DNA of 64,000 nucleotides, from assembly GCF_011386835.1 (NCBI RefSeq), contig NC_088796.1, positions 7,378,001 to 7,442,000 on the forward strand. Reading direction: 5' to 3'. This stretch comes from Chrysemys picta bellii (Eukaryota). Below the pieces are notes generated by a model. The model was not told the origin of the DNA and ran no database searches. It worked only from the letters and a program-made list of their open reading frames with translations. Positions 39,336 to 50,910 of this stretch are shown here, one piece after another; positions within the stretch are counted from its first letter, which is position 1, and each line of letters starts with the position of its first letter. Position numbers and translations under genes: made by a program.

Positions 39336-39352
39336 CTTTATCCAGTTAATAA

Positions 39353-40358
39353 TGCAAGGGTAGAAGAGCGGACTCACCACTGGTGTGTGCCATCATAGCA
39401 GAGCACTGCGTGGCAGGCTCTTCTCATCTAGGGCCCCCAGCTGACAGATGCACCAGCCCTAGTGATCTACCCCTTCTTGTTACAGCCCACCAGCAGGATC
39501 ACTTTAAAGTATCACCCTTTCTGGGATAACAAAGTCCAACAGTCTCATGCTGAGTCTTTGATCTGAGTCCAGACTCACTAGTCCTTCCACCCCTGGCCTC
39601 CAGGGTCTTCCCACTACCTTTTTCGGTGGCCGTGTAGGGGAATCCAGGCCACCCTCTCACGTGGGTTCCAGCCCAGGGACCCCGTAGTAAGCAGGTCTGT
39701 CTACTCGGAGCATTACACCTGACTTCCTCCTGGGCTTCTTCCTACCCAACCTGTCAGTAGACCCTTCCCATGGGTCTTTCCTGGGCCCACTACTACCTGT
39801 GTCCTTCAGGCACCAATATCTCTCTAGGTTCACCCTTCTTTCAAGGCAGGGACTCACAGACGGAATCCCAAATGGAAATATAAACTTAAATCACTTCTGC
39901 CCTCCTGGGGCTTGAACTTCCATCCCTCTTAAGTTTTCCCTGTGAGCTTTTCCTCAGTTGAGCACCAACTCCCACGGCTGCTTCCCAGGGCTGCTTACCA
40001 ACACAGTCCAAACCCCCCAGCCCTGTCCAAACAGAAATTGGCAAACAAAGGAATGTGTACTCTGCTTAATTTGCATTTAGCCAGTGAACAGAGTCATCAA
40101 TCAGGAAGGAAACAAAGGAAGCTCAAACAGGTGGGAAAAAGCCAGCAGGGAACATCCTTCCCCATGGGCTCTCCCCAGTTCTCCTTCTGCCTGACTCCTA
40201 TCATGCCCTTCCCCAAGAGAGGGAACACCCAGGCTTGTCTCTCCTGGATCTCTCTCTTCCCAAATGAGCAGGCCTTCCTGACCCTTTCCCAGCTGTGTCC
40301 AATGATTGCAATGACACCATCTGATCAGGGTCAGCTGGGAGATACATGTTGTGTTACA
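39353..40358 (-). mobile_element. LTR-like element remnant
   Basis: Contains GGCCCACCCTCT..GGGTTCCAGCCCAGGGACCC (recalled turtle LTR motif), ends ...GTTACA; left end approximate, no TSD. Confidence 0.5.
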
Positions 40359-40526
40359 GGAAAAGCTGAGACCAATTCCCCATGAAGAGCCAGCCAGCCT
40401 ATGACTAGGATCATTTATGAATGAAAAGGAACTGTCTCCTGTTCTATATTTGCAAGTCCCTAGTGCAAAATAGGCCTCCTATCTAAATAGAGGCCTCTGT
40501 TCTAAAATAACATAAATAATCATAAT

Positions 40527-40872
40527 TAGAGCTGGTAATAAATAATTGTTTTACTTGGGAAATCTTAGGGATTTTTAAAAAAATTCTTGCAATGGATTTT
40601 TCATGGTTTTGGGAAATAAACTGAAATATGAACTTTTTTGTTTTGTTTTTTTCTTTATTTCTCTCACCCATTTTCCTCCCCTTTCTTTCCCAGTAGCAGA
40701 ATCCAAAAAAGTGGATGTTTAAAAAGTAAAGCCAAACAAATTGGGGTTTCATTTTATGGTTTTGTTTTTTATGTTTAAAATTTTTAAAAAAGCCCATGAA
40801 CATGTTACGTGGAATGAATAAGGTCATTTTCTGTCAAAAGTGATTTTGATGAAAAATTTTCAACCAGTCCTA
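40527..40872. mobile_element. AT-rich non-autonomous DNA transposon (TAG(A/G)GCTGGT termini)
   Basis: TAGAGCTGGT / ACCAGTCCTA; partial 8-bp flank match. Confidence 0.6.
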
Positions 40873-41129
40873 CTGATAACAATGTTCTGCATCATCATCT
40901 GATAAAACCACATCCCACTCCTGCAGTTTCCATGAATTTTTGTATAAAGAAGACTCCTAATTTCCTGTCCCTCTGGAAATACACACTAGGGGGAGTTATT
41001 CAGCTAAGCCCCTGACTTTACACAACTGAAGTTCGAGAGCTTTGCTACTGATGTCAATAGCACTATGAGTATGTATGGGGGGAGATTTACAACCTGCCCC
41101 ATACATTCAAAACTAGCTTACTTTGTCAA

Positions 41130-41280
41130 GGGAGGAATAACTCAGTGGTTTGAACATGGGTCTCCTAAACCCAGGGTTGTGAGTTCAGCTCTTAAGGGGG
41201 CCATTTGGGGATTGGTCCTGCTTTGAGCAGGGGGTTGGACTAGATGACCTCCTGAGGTCTTTTCAAACCCTGATATTCTA
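41130..41280 (+). mobile_element. Turtle polIII/SINE (tRNA-derived head + CR1-derived tail)
   Basis: A-box-like TAACTCAGTGG, B-box-like GAGTTCAGCTC, followed by the CR1 3' end GGTCCTGCTTTGAGCAGGGGGTTGGACTAGATGACCTCC...ATTCTA. Confidence 0.85.
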
Positions 41281-43164
41281 AGTCCTTAAGGGAAGCTGAC
41301 ACTGATATAGTATATGGAGCCACTTCAATCACTAAGCATTACAGGTGTTTGTTTAAACTTAGCATACATGAAAAACGATAATGATTTGTTTTGTACCCAA
41401 AGCTCGAAAGAGGATTATGCTGCCTGTCTGCTTGCTGTATGTGAGGTGTGTGAGCAAAGCAATTTAACAGCCACATCCAATTTCTCTGCATCATCTGGAT
41501 CATGCACATCCATTAAAATACTAACTTTTAACCATTAATATTCTTCTGAAATCATTATAAAATAACACCTCATGCAGCCATTTGGTCCTTGTGTGAGCCA
41601 AGGTCATTTCCACTGTAAATGTCTTCAGTACTTTGTACTGGATTTAATGTTTTACAATTCTTCTCAATAAATTCAGCACTCTTGAAAACCAGATATTAGT
41701 TAAAAAAAATAAAACCCTGAAGGCAGGTAGCATGGAACCTTGACAAGTCCCCCCACCGGGTCTTCTGATGCTCTCCTTTCTTGATGGGCTTCTCCTGGGG
41801 TCAGTTAGGCAGATGAGTTTCATGGTCAAGGGACGTGACAATGCACATACAATCTAATCCTGCTTGCCACCTCTCGGTCCAGACAGGACCGTTAGGTGGA
41901 GCAAAACTGGTGCAGCTTCATTTCATGGGCATGGGTCAAGCTTTGTTGACTCATTGCTGGGGCATTGAATCAGTGGTGCTTCAGAGGAAAGAATAACCCC
42001 TTCTGGGTGCCTAGCTTCTTATAGCTCCCTGGGCTTTTTCCCATGGAGGTCTTTCATTCTAGAGCTGTGTCAGCTCAACCCACCTCGATCCTGCAAGGTG
42101 CACTGCTGAGTATCTTGAACTCCCCTTAAAATGAAAAGGAGCTGAGGTGCTCGGAACCTCTCAGGAGATGCTCAGCAACTTGCAGGCTTGAGTCCTGAGC
42201 ATGTAGGACCCTGCACTTACACATGTGCTTCAGTCCCATTGACTTCAATGGGATTTGCACATGCACTTAAAGTTAAGCACATGTTTAGGTGTTTTGCTGA
42301 ACTGGCCCATAAGAGCAGTCATATCTCAGGAGGGCTAGGATACAAGCTAACAACCCCCTAGACAGCCTTTTAAAAATGCACCCTATCACTTCTGTGCTAC
42401 GCCAAGTATTTAGCAATGAAAGTCAGGCTCGAAACACAAACCACCTTCTCCGTAATGTTGGCTAATGGATAAAGAGATAAAACACTTATGAGAAGACACA
42501 GCCCCTCCTGAAATGATTCCTTAAGGAGCATCTGCCCTTTACTTAATGATGCAGTCACTTGTTATAATAAGATTTAGAAGACTGTTTATTTATTTGAGGG
42601 TATAATTATTTAATTTACACAGCCCAGTGCTGGAGACGCAGATGAGCTAGGAGGTTTTGTTCATATTTTGGGGGGTCATTTAGCCATTCATTTGGGGACA
42701 GGTGCTTATAAAATGTAAAATGTTGCTGTAAATGGAACTTCTCCCCAGGTGTTCATTTCTTTTTTATACCTTAAGCAAAGGAAGCTGATGATGATAGTCA
42801 TTCCAAGCAATCACATTATTAATAACCGTGTTTATTACAGTAGTGCCTCAGGACCAACCAAGAGTGGGGCCACATTGTGGTAGGTGCTGTCAAAACCCAG
42901 AATACCAGACAATCTATGCCCCAAAGAGCTTACCATCTAAATAAGAGCTTACAGTCTAAATATTCAGGGTTGTTTGTTGGTACTGGATGATCCCACACTT
43001 TCTACTTGGCTACACATGCGAAGAGTTGGAAAACAGTTCATGGGATGGCCATCAAGAAGGGTACTCTAATGGGGCAACTGCATTGTAAACCTTTGTATCT
43101 TTTTACAGGGCTCATCTGACTGTAACATCTGAATGCTTCCCAGTCAATTAGTCCCATGACACAC

Positions 43165-43318
43165 AAGTATTATTACTCCCATTCCCAGATGGAGAACTGA
43201 GGAATAGAGAGGTGAAGTGACTTGCCCAAGACCACACAGGAAGTCTGTGGTAGAGTTAGGAACTGAACGCAGATCTCGTGAGTGCAACCCAATGCATTAA
43301 TCAGGAGACCAACCTTCT
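43165..43318 (-). repeat. CORE-SINE (MIR-like) fragment
   Basis: CAGATGGAGAACTGAGG..AGAGGTGAAGTGACTTGCCCAAGACCACACAG. Confidence 0.7.
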
Positions 43319-43616
43319 TTCATGCATGAATCCGGAGCAGCAGACAAAAAACTACTTTAAGGGCTTATCTGCATGAGAAAGTACCAGCGGTTTAACTCTG
43401 AGGTGTGACTTTCAAACCCATTTATTTTAACCAGTGCAAAAGGCTGATGCAATATTCGGGGTGGGAGGGTGGGGAGGGTTGGTTTTTCAGTGAAAACCCA
43501 GGTTTGGGGAATGAAAATGGCTTTTTAAAAAATGTCCATTTAGTAGAAAAGCCGTTTTCCATTGGGAAAAGAAAAAAGAACGGGAATTTTTCAATCAGCT
43601 GTACTGCTTAGCATTA

Positions 43617-43752
43617 AGCCATGTTGGCATCTGAAGAAGTGAGGTTCTTACCCACGAAAGCTTATGCTCCCAATACTTCTGTTAGTCTTAAAGGTGCCAC
43701 AGGACCCTCTGTTGCTTTTTACAGATTCAGACTAACACGGCTACTCCTCTGA
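43617..43752 (+). mobile_element. Penelope-like family 1 insertion
   Basis: 12-bp TSD TGCTTAGCATTA (43605-43616, 43753-43764); 9-nt inverted 5' piece AGCCATGTT matching the reverse complement of the element's own AACACGGCT (8/9). Confidence 0.88.
43627..43667 (+). ncRNA. Minimal type-I hammerhead ribozyme motif, intact core
   Basis: GCAT-CTGAAGA-A-GTGAG-gttctta-CCCAC-GAAA-GC-TT-ATGC; identical to the 22832-22872 copy. Confidence 0.8.
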
Positions 43753-45692
43753 TGCTTAGCATTAGTTTTCAGAGTTATCAACACATTGAGATAATTAGGG
43801 CAAACTCCTGACCTAGGAAAGCATCCCTATTCTGGAAAGTGTTTACACGCATATTTGACTTCAAGTATGTACTCAAGTCCCAGTGAATTGTAATGGTATT
43901 TAAAGGTAAGTGTGTGCTTAAATTCTTTGCTGATTCAGGGCCCTTGGGGCAGATTTACAGAGACATTTAGGTGAGTAAAGATACAGATAGGCACCTAAGT
44001 CCAGATCCTCAAAAGTTCAGAAATCCGTGGGAGTTAAGTGCCTAAATACCTTTGAGGATTGGGGACCTAGAAGGATTTAAACAAAATCACTTAAGCAGGT
44101 TAGGTGCTTAACTCCCATTGAAAGTCAATGCGAGTTGGGTGCTTAAGGTCAGATTTGTAAACATTTTTAAAAACATCAAGATGCAGGGAGATGCCTAGTG
44201 GAATTTTCAAAAGTGTCGACGTGTCTAACTCTCATTGATTTTTCGTGGGTGGGGGAGGCATAATATGTGATCATGTAACTGAAGACTATATCATAATGCA
44301 TACACACAAATGGGCTGAATTAAGGTCACACTGGCAACCTTAATTATAGTATTTTCCGGCTTTTGAGTGCTTGACTTTGCAACCTTAATAATGTTCTTTT
44401 AATGTAATATTTTTGTGCATAATTTAATAATGCATAGTATATAAGTGCCAAGGACATTTAAAAGGATTTCTTTTAAAGAGAGATACCCCTCTGAACAGCA
44501 GTTTATTATTTCAGAAACTATTTTGCAGAAACAGAGTAATTTTAACAAGGAATATATATATATATATATTCTAACTTCAAACTTGTCTGAATAAAATATT
44601 ATCCTTTTTGAACTACTGTATGTAATTTCTTCAAAATATATTGTTCTGAATTCTCTTTAATGAGAATCTGTGTACAGAATTTATACTTGCATGCTACTAT
44701 CAATGTATCTCTAATTGTACAAGTGCAAGGAAATGGAAAATGGATTTTTTTCCATAAAATGACATAAAAAGCATGTATGTTTCTTGGTACAAAGTATTTA
44801 ATTGTATTAAGCTGCTTCTGTGTAATTGTATTGCTGAGGCACCCTAGAGAGTATGGTAGTCGCTGATAATTAATCTGGTAATTTCTTTCTAATCTCTGTA
44901 TTTATCAATACATTCCCCGTATTACAGTCTGTTGTAAATCTGTCATAGTAAATTGTCTATGGATCTTTCATACAGATCACTTTCGTGGCCTGGGTCTGAC
45001 ATACATAGATCATTAGATTCTACAATCTTGGGTATCCATGTGTAGAAGGAACTGTATTATGTTAATTGTATGTATTTGAGAAACTGTGCATGATCGTGTA
45101 ATTAGTGACTGCAGGTAGGATGCTGTGCTACACACCTAAAAGGCACAGGACAGAACTCACAGTGCAGGGGGGCTAAGGAAGCTTTAAGCCATCTTTAGTC
45201 CCTCACAAATCCAGGTTGGAGAGACCCTGTATAATTTAGACAGCCCTAGGGGCCAATCTAAATTGCAACAACTTCCCCTGTGGGCCACAGCACTGCCCTG
45301 AAGCATGGCGGTCCTGTGTGATGAAGAGACACCTCTGATGGCATGCTAGGTTCAGGGATGGAGGCAGCAGGGGCATGTCCTCAGCACACAGCTCTGCCTA
45401 ACTAGCAAGGGGGTCTGAGAAGTCGGGCCTTCTGTCTGTCCTAGGAGTGCCTGCATTGGAGGACTCCACTTTGGCTTTATGCAAAGTTTGTAGGGTTCCA
45501 TTATGCTGTGCTGGCCCTTTGCCCTGTATAAAGGAGCTGGATCTGGGGTTAAGGTTCACACCCTGAGTTGCAGTACATAAGCACTATGGGGCAGAGTTAA
45601 GATTGTGTATGCAAAGACTTAATCATGAGTAACTTTATTCACAAGAGTAAACCACTCATGGGGGAATTCTGAGAGTCAACATGAGGGACATT

Positions 45693-46083
45693 ATCATAGA
45701 AATGTAGGTTTGGAAGGGACCTCAAGAAGTCGCTGAAGCAGGACCAAGGAAACCTAGACCATCTGGACAGGTGTTTGGCCAACCTGTTTTTGAAAACCTC
45801 CAGTGATGGGAATTCCACAACCTCCCTTGGAAGCCTGTTCCAGAGCTTAACTACCCTTATAGTTAGAAAGTTCTTCCTAGTATCTAACCTAAATATACTT
45901 TGCTGTAGATTAAGCCCATTACTTCTTGTCCTTCCGTGCACATGGAAAACAATTGATCCCTTTTCTTTTTACAACAGACCTTAAATATTTGAAGACAGTT
46001 ATCAGATCCCCCTTCACTCTTCTTTTCTCAAGACTGAAGATCCCCAGTTTTTGTAACTTTTCCTCATGGGTCAGGTTTTCTAA
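45693..46083 (-). mobile_element. CR1 LINE 3' fragment
   Basis: [45 protein letters not shown]; ATCATAGAAATG tail. Confidence 0.9.
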
Positions 46084-46356
46084 TTACACGATTTGTCAGA
46101 AAAGACTCCAGAAGATCTGTTTTTTAGGATTTATGGATTAAGGGAGGTATTTTCCATATTAGAATTTGTATTTTGATTGTCAGTGATGCACCAAAAGTTT
46201 AAGGCAAGTGAATATAGAATCTAAATATATAGATAAAGTAAGCAATAACACCAATATAATATGAAAGTTGTTATAATTTGAAGCCTTTCAGTACAAACAC
46301 TTCTCAGGAAGCTATGAGACTTTTTAAAATTCACATCTGTATACATAAGTCACATC

Positions 46357-46763
46357 TAGGGCTGTGCAAATAACAGATTTTCCAGTTCACTGGAAATTAA
46401 AAAAAAATAAAAATAAAGGGTCAAACCAAAAACCGAATCCTTTTAAAATTTCTGACAAATTGAAAAGTTGAAAAAAAAGTGTCATTGCGAGCCAAACAAA
46501 ATGTTTTATTCAACTCAAAATGAAATCTTTCATTTTGATTTCAAGCTGTTTCTTCTACATTTTTATTTAAAAAAATGAAGGACATTTTTAAATGAAAAGT
46601 TGTTTTGAATCAAAATGTTTCATTTTGTTTTTTGGCTTTTAGTTTTTTTTTCCCAGTTGAAATAATTCATCAGAATCAACACAAATTCAAGAATTGTTTG
46701 TGGTACCAAATCTACATTTTTAATTGGAAAAAGACTTTGCCAAAAAAATGTCACACCACTCTA
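46357..46763. mobile_element. AT-rich hAT-like non-autonomous element
   Basis: TAGGGCTGTG / CACCACTCTA termini; TSD GTCACATC/GTGACATC (7/8). Confidence 0.75.
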
Positions 46764-46943
46764 GTGACATCCTACCACCTCCTGTGAAGAGAAATTAAGC
46801 ATAGTGCGCTATTACAAAGATGAGGCCAGGAATTTGAAAAAGAGGCATTTTGCCTATTCAGATTAAAACTAGTTTAAATATTTTTGGACAAAATTGAATA
46901 ATTAAAAATAAATTCCTCTTAAATAATAGAAACAAACACAATG

Positions 46944-47775
46944 GAGAGCTGGTCAGAAAATGGGGTAAAGAGGTTTCAAACATGAAATTGTGAGGTTTTT
47001 TTTCCATTTTGCCAGGTCCTAAATAAATACATTTTTCATTACATTCTGGGACTCTATTTTACCAATGTTTTTATTGAAATTTATTTTGAAAAATACTTAC
47101 TGAAACCATAGGTTTCAGAAAGAAAAAGTAATTTTTATGAAACAAGTTTAACACTTTAAAAACAATTTCAATAAAAATGTTGCTAGGAAACGGTTACATT
47201 TTTAATGAAAAAAATCAATGGCATTCACTGAAATTTTGTTTTGGGCAAAAAAATGGTTTTTCACAAAGGGCCATTTTTCACCATAAATACTTCTCTTGCA
47301 AAGATTTCAAGGAGCCCTAAACCCAATGAATGGACTCACATAATAGTGAATAACTAGAGCAAATCTAATTTCCAACTGTCTGTCCCATAAAAAGTTTCAA
47401 GATTTAAAAAAAAATATCATTCCAACTTGGTATAAAAATCCAAAATTTTAAATTGTTCAAAAAAACAAAATTAGGAAAAAAATAACTTCAGGTCACAACA
47501 TTTCATTTTGATAAATCTGCAACATTTTGTTTCAATTTCAACCCTTTGCGGTCTTTTAATTTTTTTATACAGAAAATAATTTTCAAAACAAAGTCACTTC
47601 CAAGTTAAAAAAAAATCAAAACGTTTCATTCTGAAAATGTCAAAATGGGACATTTCAATTAATTTTTTCCTTTATCGCCCCAAGACAAAATTTTGTAAAA
47701 AAAAAAAATTGATTTGTCAAAATGGCAAATTCCAACAGAAAAGCTCTTTCAATTAAAATATTCTGACCAGCTTTA
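46944..47775. mobile_element. AT-rich non-autonomous DNA transposon
   Basis: TIR GAGAGCTGGTCAGAA / TTCTGACCAGCTTTA (13/15); no TSD seen. Confidence 0.6.
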
Positions 47776-47844
47776 TGAATAACATTGAGAGTCTATTGCT
47801 CCAGGCCCAGGGATGTAAGTGAGAGGAACACAGCCAAAGACTAA

Positions 47845-48149
47845 GGATATGTTTACACTACAAGCTAGGAGCGTGATTTCCCTTCTCTCATGGAACGAAC
47901 ATGAGTATAAGTGGCAGTCCATCCATGGTAGCAATGCTTGCAGCAATGCCTGGCTGTTGTGCTGAGTGCAAACTTGCCTCAACTGGTCAGTAGGTACTTG
48001 GCATTGGTTCAGCTGTGCCGCCACTACTGCTACCCAAGGTACCACAGCTCCACTGGTATTTGTGCTTGTGCCTGCATGATGAGAGCTAGTAAGAGAATGT
48101 GTACAGGGCCAGGGCAATCACACCCTTCACTCACGGTGTAGATGTAGCC
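47845..48149. mobile_element. PIF/Harbinger-type MITE
   Basis: TAA-GGATATGTTTACAC ... GTGTAGATGTAGCC-TA; same TIR family as 18337 and 54109. Confidence 0.7.
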
Positions 48150-50705
48150 TACGGGTGTAATCTAGCCCCATTGAAGTCAATGGGAGTTTTATCACTGTCC
48201 TCACTGAGTCAGGATTTCACCCTATATCTTCCCCAAACAAGGATTCTTCAGTCTGTCCATCTTAGGCTTACTGATTTAGACCTTTCCCTAATCAGGACTC
48301 CAGTTCTCCCAGGTGATCAGCCAAACACCCATTGCTTTTCTTGCTCTGTTCTGCCACCCTCTCTGACCTTCCAAAATTACTCCTGTCACTAGTTCCACCC
48401 CTCTCCTAGCAAATCAACTCTCTTATCCAAAGCTAGCTCTTATCCAAAGAGAGTTGATTTGCTAGGAGAGAGGTACTCAGCTGTCTACCACTGTGCCAAT
48501 CTCTGATCAGTCCTAAATCTCCCCTCCTGGAGACACCCTTTCACAGTCCATTACAATATTTAGCATCCGCCCAGACATGAATATTTTACAGGTGCAAGTT
48601 AAGCAATAGAGCTCGGAGTGCGCATAACCTTGATGCTGAAATGTGTTCTGATTTAGTTCTGTGTCCACTCTAAGGCATACATTTATGTAATCTGTACTGT
48701 TTGTCCTCAAAAGATATTGTATTGTCTGGAAACATTTTTTTTTAAAGAATTCTAATTATATGTTTGAGTTATTGACCTTTTTTCAAACACTTTCAAAAAA
48801 GGCATGCTCATTAAGAGTCTTTTGTCTACAAAACAAGTATGTTTTCCTAAGCCATAGAGCAACCAAATTCTAATTGCTGGCTTCATTATACAGAAAAGTA
48901 GAAGTGTAACAATCAAGAGCCTTATTACACATACATAATTGAGTTTCATTGCAACTTATCAAAACATAAACTGAGTTAAACACACTTGCAGAAAATGTCG
49001 CATCATCAAATCAACACTTTTATTATACAAAAGTAATTGTGTTTAAAGACACCAAGCATATGTTATATATACAAAAAAACCCATAGAGTTGTAATATGAT
49101 TCAGAAGTCTTGGCAACTCTTTAATCTCAGAGCGTGTTTTGAAAGTGACATGATGCTAAATTGAAGTCAATGGAACTATTTGCAAGAGATTACTCCAACC
49201 AGTGCTGGGGTCCTGGACAAAATCATTTGAATGAGCCCCAGTTGCAAGGTTAATGACTCTACTCATTGGTTGTTAGCAGGGGTCAAACGCAAGATCTCCA
49301 GCACTTGTAACCACTAGTGAGCATGGGTTACTAGTCTTTAGTGTTACTCACTCTATAGAGCAGAGGTGGCCAACCTGAACCTGAGAAGGCTTTTTTTTAT
49401 TTGCGATTGGATGGATTTTTCTGAATCATTTTGCCCCTACACTATATCAGACATTGTTACATCTAGGATATTTTGTTTTTACTTTCCATCGTTACTATTT
49501 ATATTTATGAGCTGTTATAATTATTAGTAGTAGTAATATTTACTTGTATTACAATAGCGTGGAAGTCCCAGACAAATTTGGGACCTATTTGTTGCACATA
49601 GTAACAGACCTGAGGAGATTATAATCTAAGCAGAATAGAAAAAAATAGAGATGAATAGAGCTGAGAGGAGAATATATGTTCCCTGAGTTCCAGTTGAACA
49701 CCCTGTCCAATGGACCATGAGGTTTATCTAGTCTAATCATCAGACCCTTGAGCCTAATCTAATAACACACCCTTTCCCTTCCCAATGTCCAGGCAGCTTG
49801 TGGCAGGTCTCCTTTGACACCTTTTCATGACCATTAATAACCTGCAATGCAACTATTTACCCTGCTCAGCCACTTCCAACTCTTAGACTGGTTTCCCGCA
49901 CAAATAAAAGGTGGGAGGAGGAAACTATAAAAGAACTTTTTTTCAGGGCTCTTCAGTGCCTCCTTTACCATATCCATCAACTCTTTTGCTAGCACTTGTA
50001 ATGTGCCTTAGTGTGACATCTTTGCTTGACTCCACATGTTTTATGCATCAGTTTCTCTAACATTCAAGCAGGCTTCATAGAGATATATTTAGAGACTGAT
50101 ATATGTGCGCTATTAATTGTATATGTTACATACAGTATATGAAGCAAGCGGCAGAAAGAGGGAATCTGATTACTCTAGGGCATCAGCGCCTTTCAACCAA
50201 TAATAATTTAACATCTCTATTAACTACCTTTTGATGGTCTCTGTAGAGGGTACATACTGTTTTATATACAGGATGCATAATAAATTTCTACAAGATTATG
50301 CTGCAATTGAGTAGAAAGTCTATAATGCATAAGTGATGGAGCTGCAAGCAAGGAAGGATTTCCCTTTCAAAATAAGGTCACATATTTATATCTCATAGGG
50401 CAACATTAGGGTCATGGAGGAGAGAGAGTCACTGAACTGCAAACAGGCGGTGCCGATGTGGGTGTCTGAGCCCCTTGCATGAGTTCACCTAGGGTGATTC
50501 ATGACAAGGAGTGAATTGCTGCATATAGATCCTCTGGAAAATTGTAACAGCTGCTTGTCTCCAGAATGAATGGAGTTGAATGACTCTGGGGTCAATACGG
50601 AGAGCTGTTTAAAGCAAATTCCATTTTGTGAAAAAATTGGAAGTTTCAAAATTTGTTTTCGATCCAGTGAAGAACATAATTGAACATTTTCATGAAAATA
50701 AAAAC

Positions 50706-50910
50706 TAGGGCTATCGATTAATCGCAGTTAACTCGTGAATAACTCAAAAAAGTAATCATGATTAAAAAATTTAACTGTGATTAATCACACTGTTAAACAA
50801 TAGAATACCAATTGAAATGTATTAAATATTTTGGATGTTTTTTCTACATTTTCAAATATATTGATTGCTATTACAACACAGACTACAAAGTATATAGTAG
50901 TTTATATTAT
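50706..50910 (+). mobile_element. hAT element 5' fragment (GATTAATC subterminal repeats), nested in an AT-rich repeat
   Basis: TAGGGCTATCGATTAATCGCAGTTAACTCG start with repeated GATTAA(T/A) motifs. Confidence 0.6.

Noticed and set aside
41130-41200. tRNA gene
   Set aside because: Degenerate A/B boxes, no cloverleaf, and fused to a CR1 tail: a SINE head.
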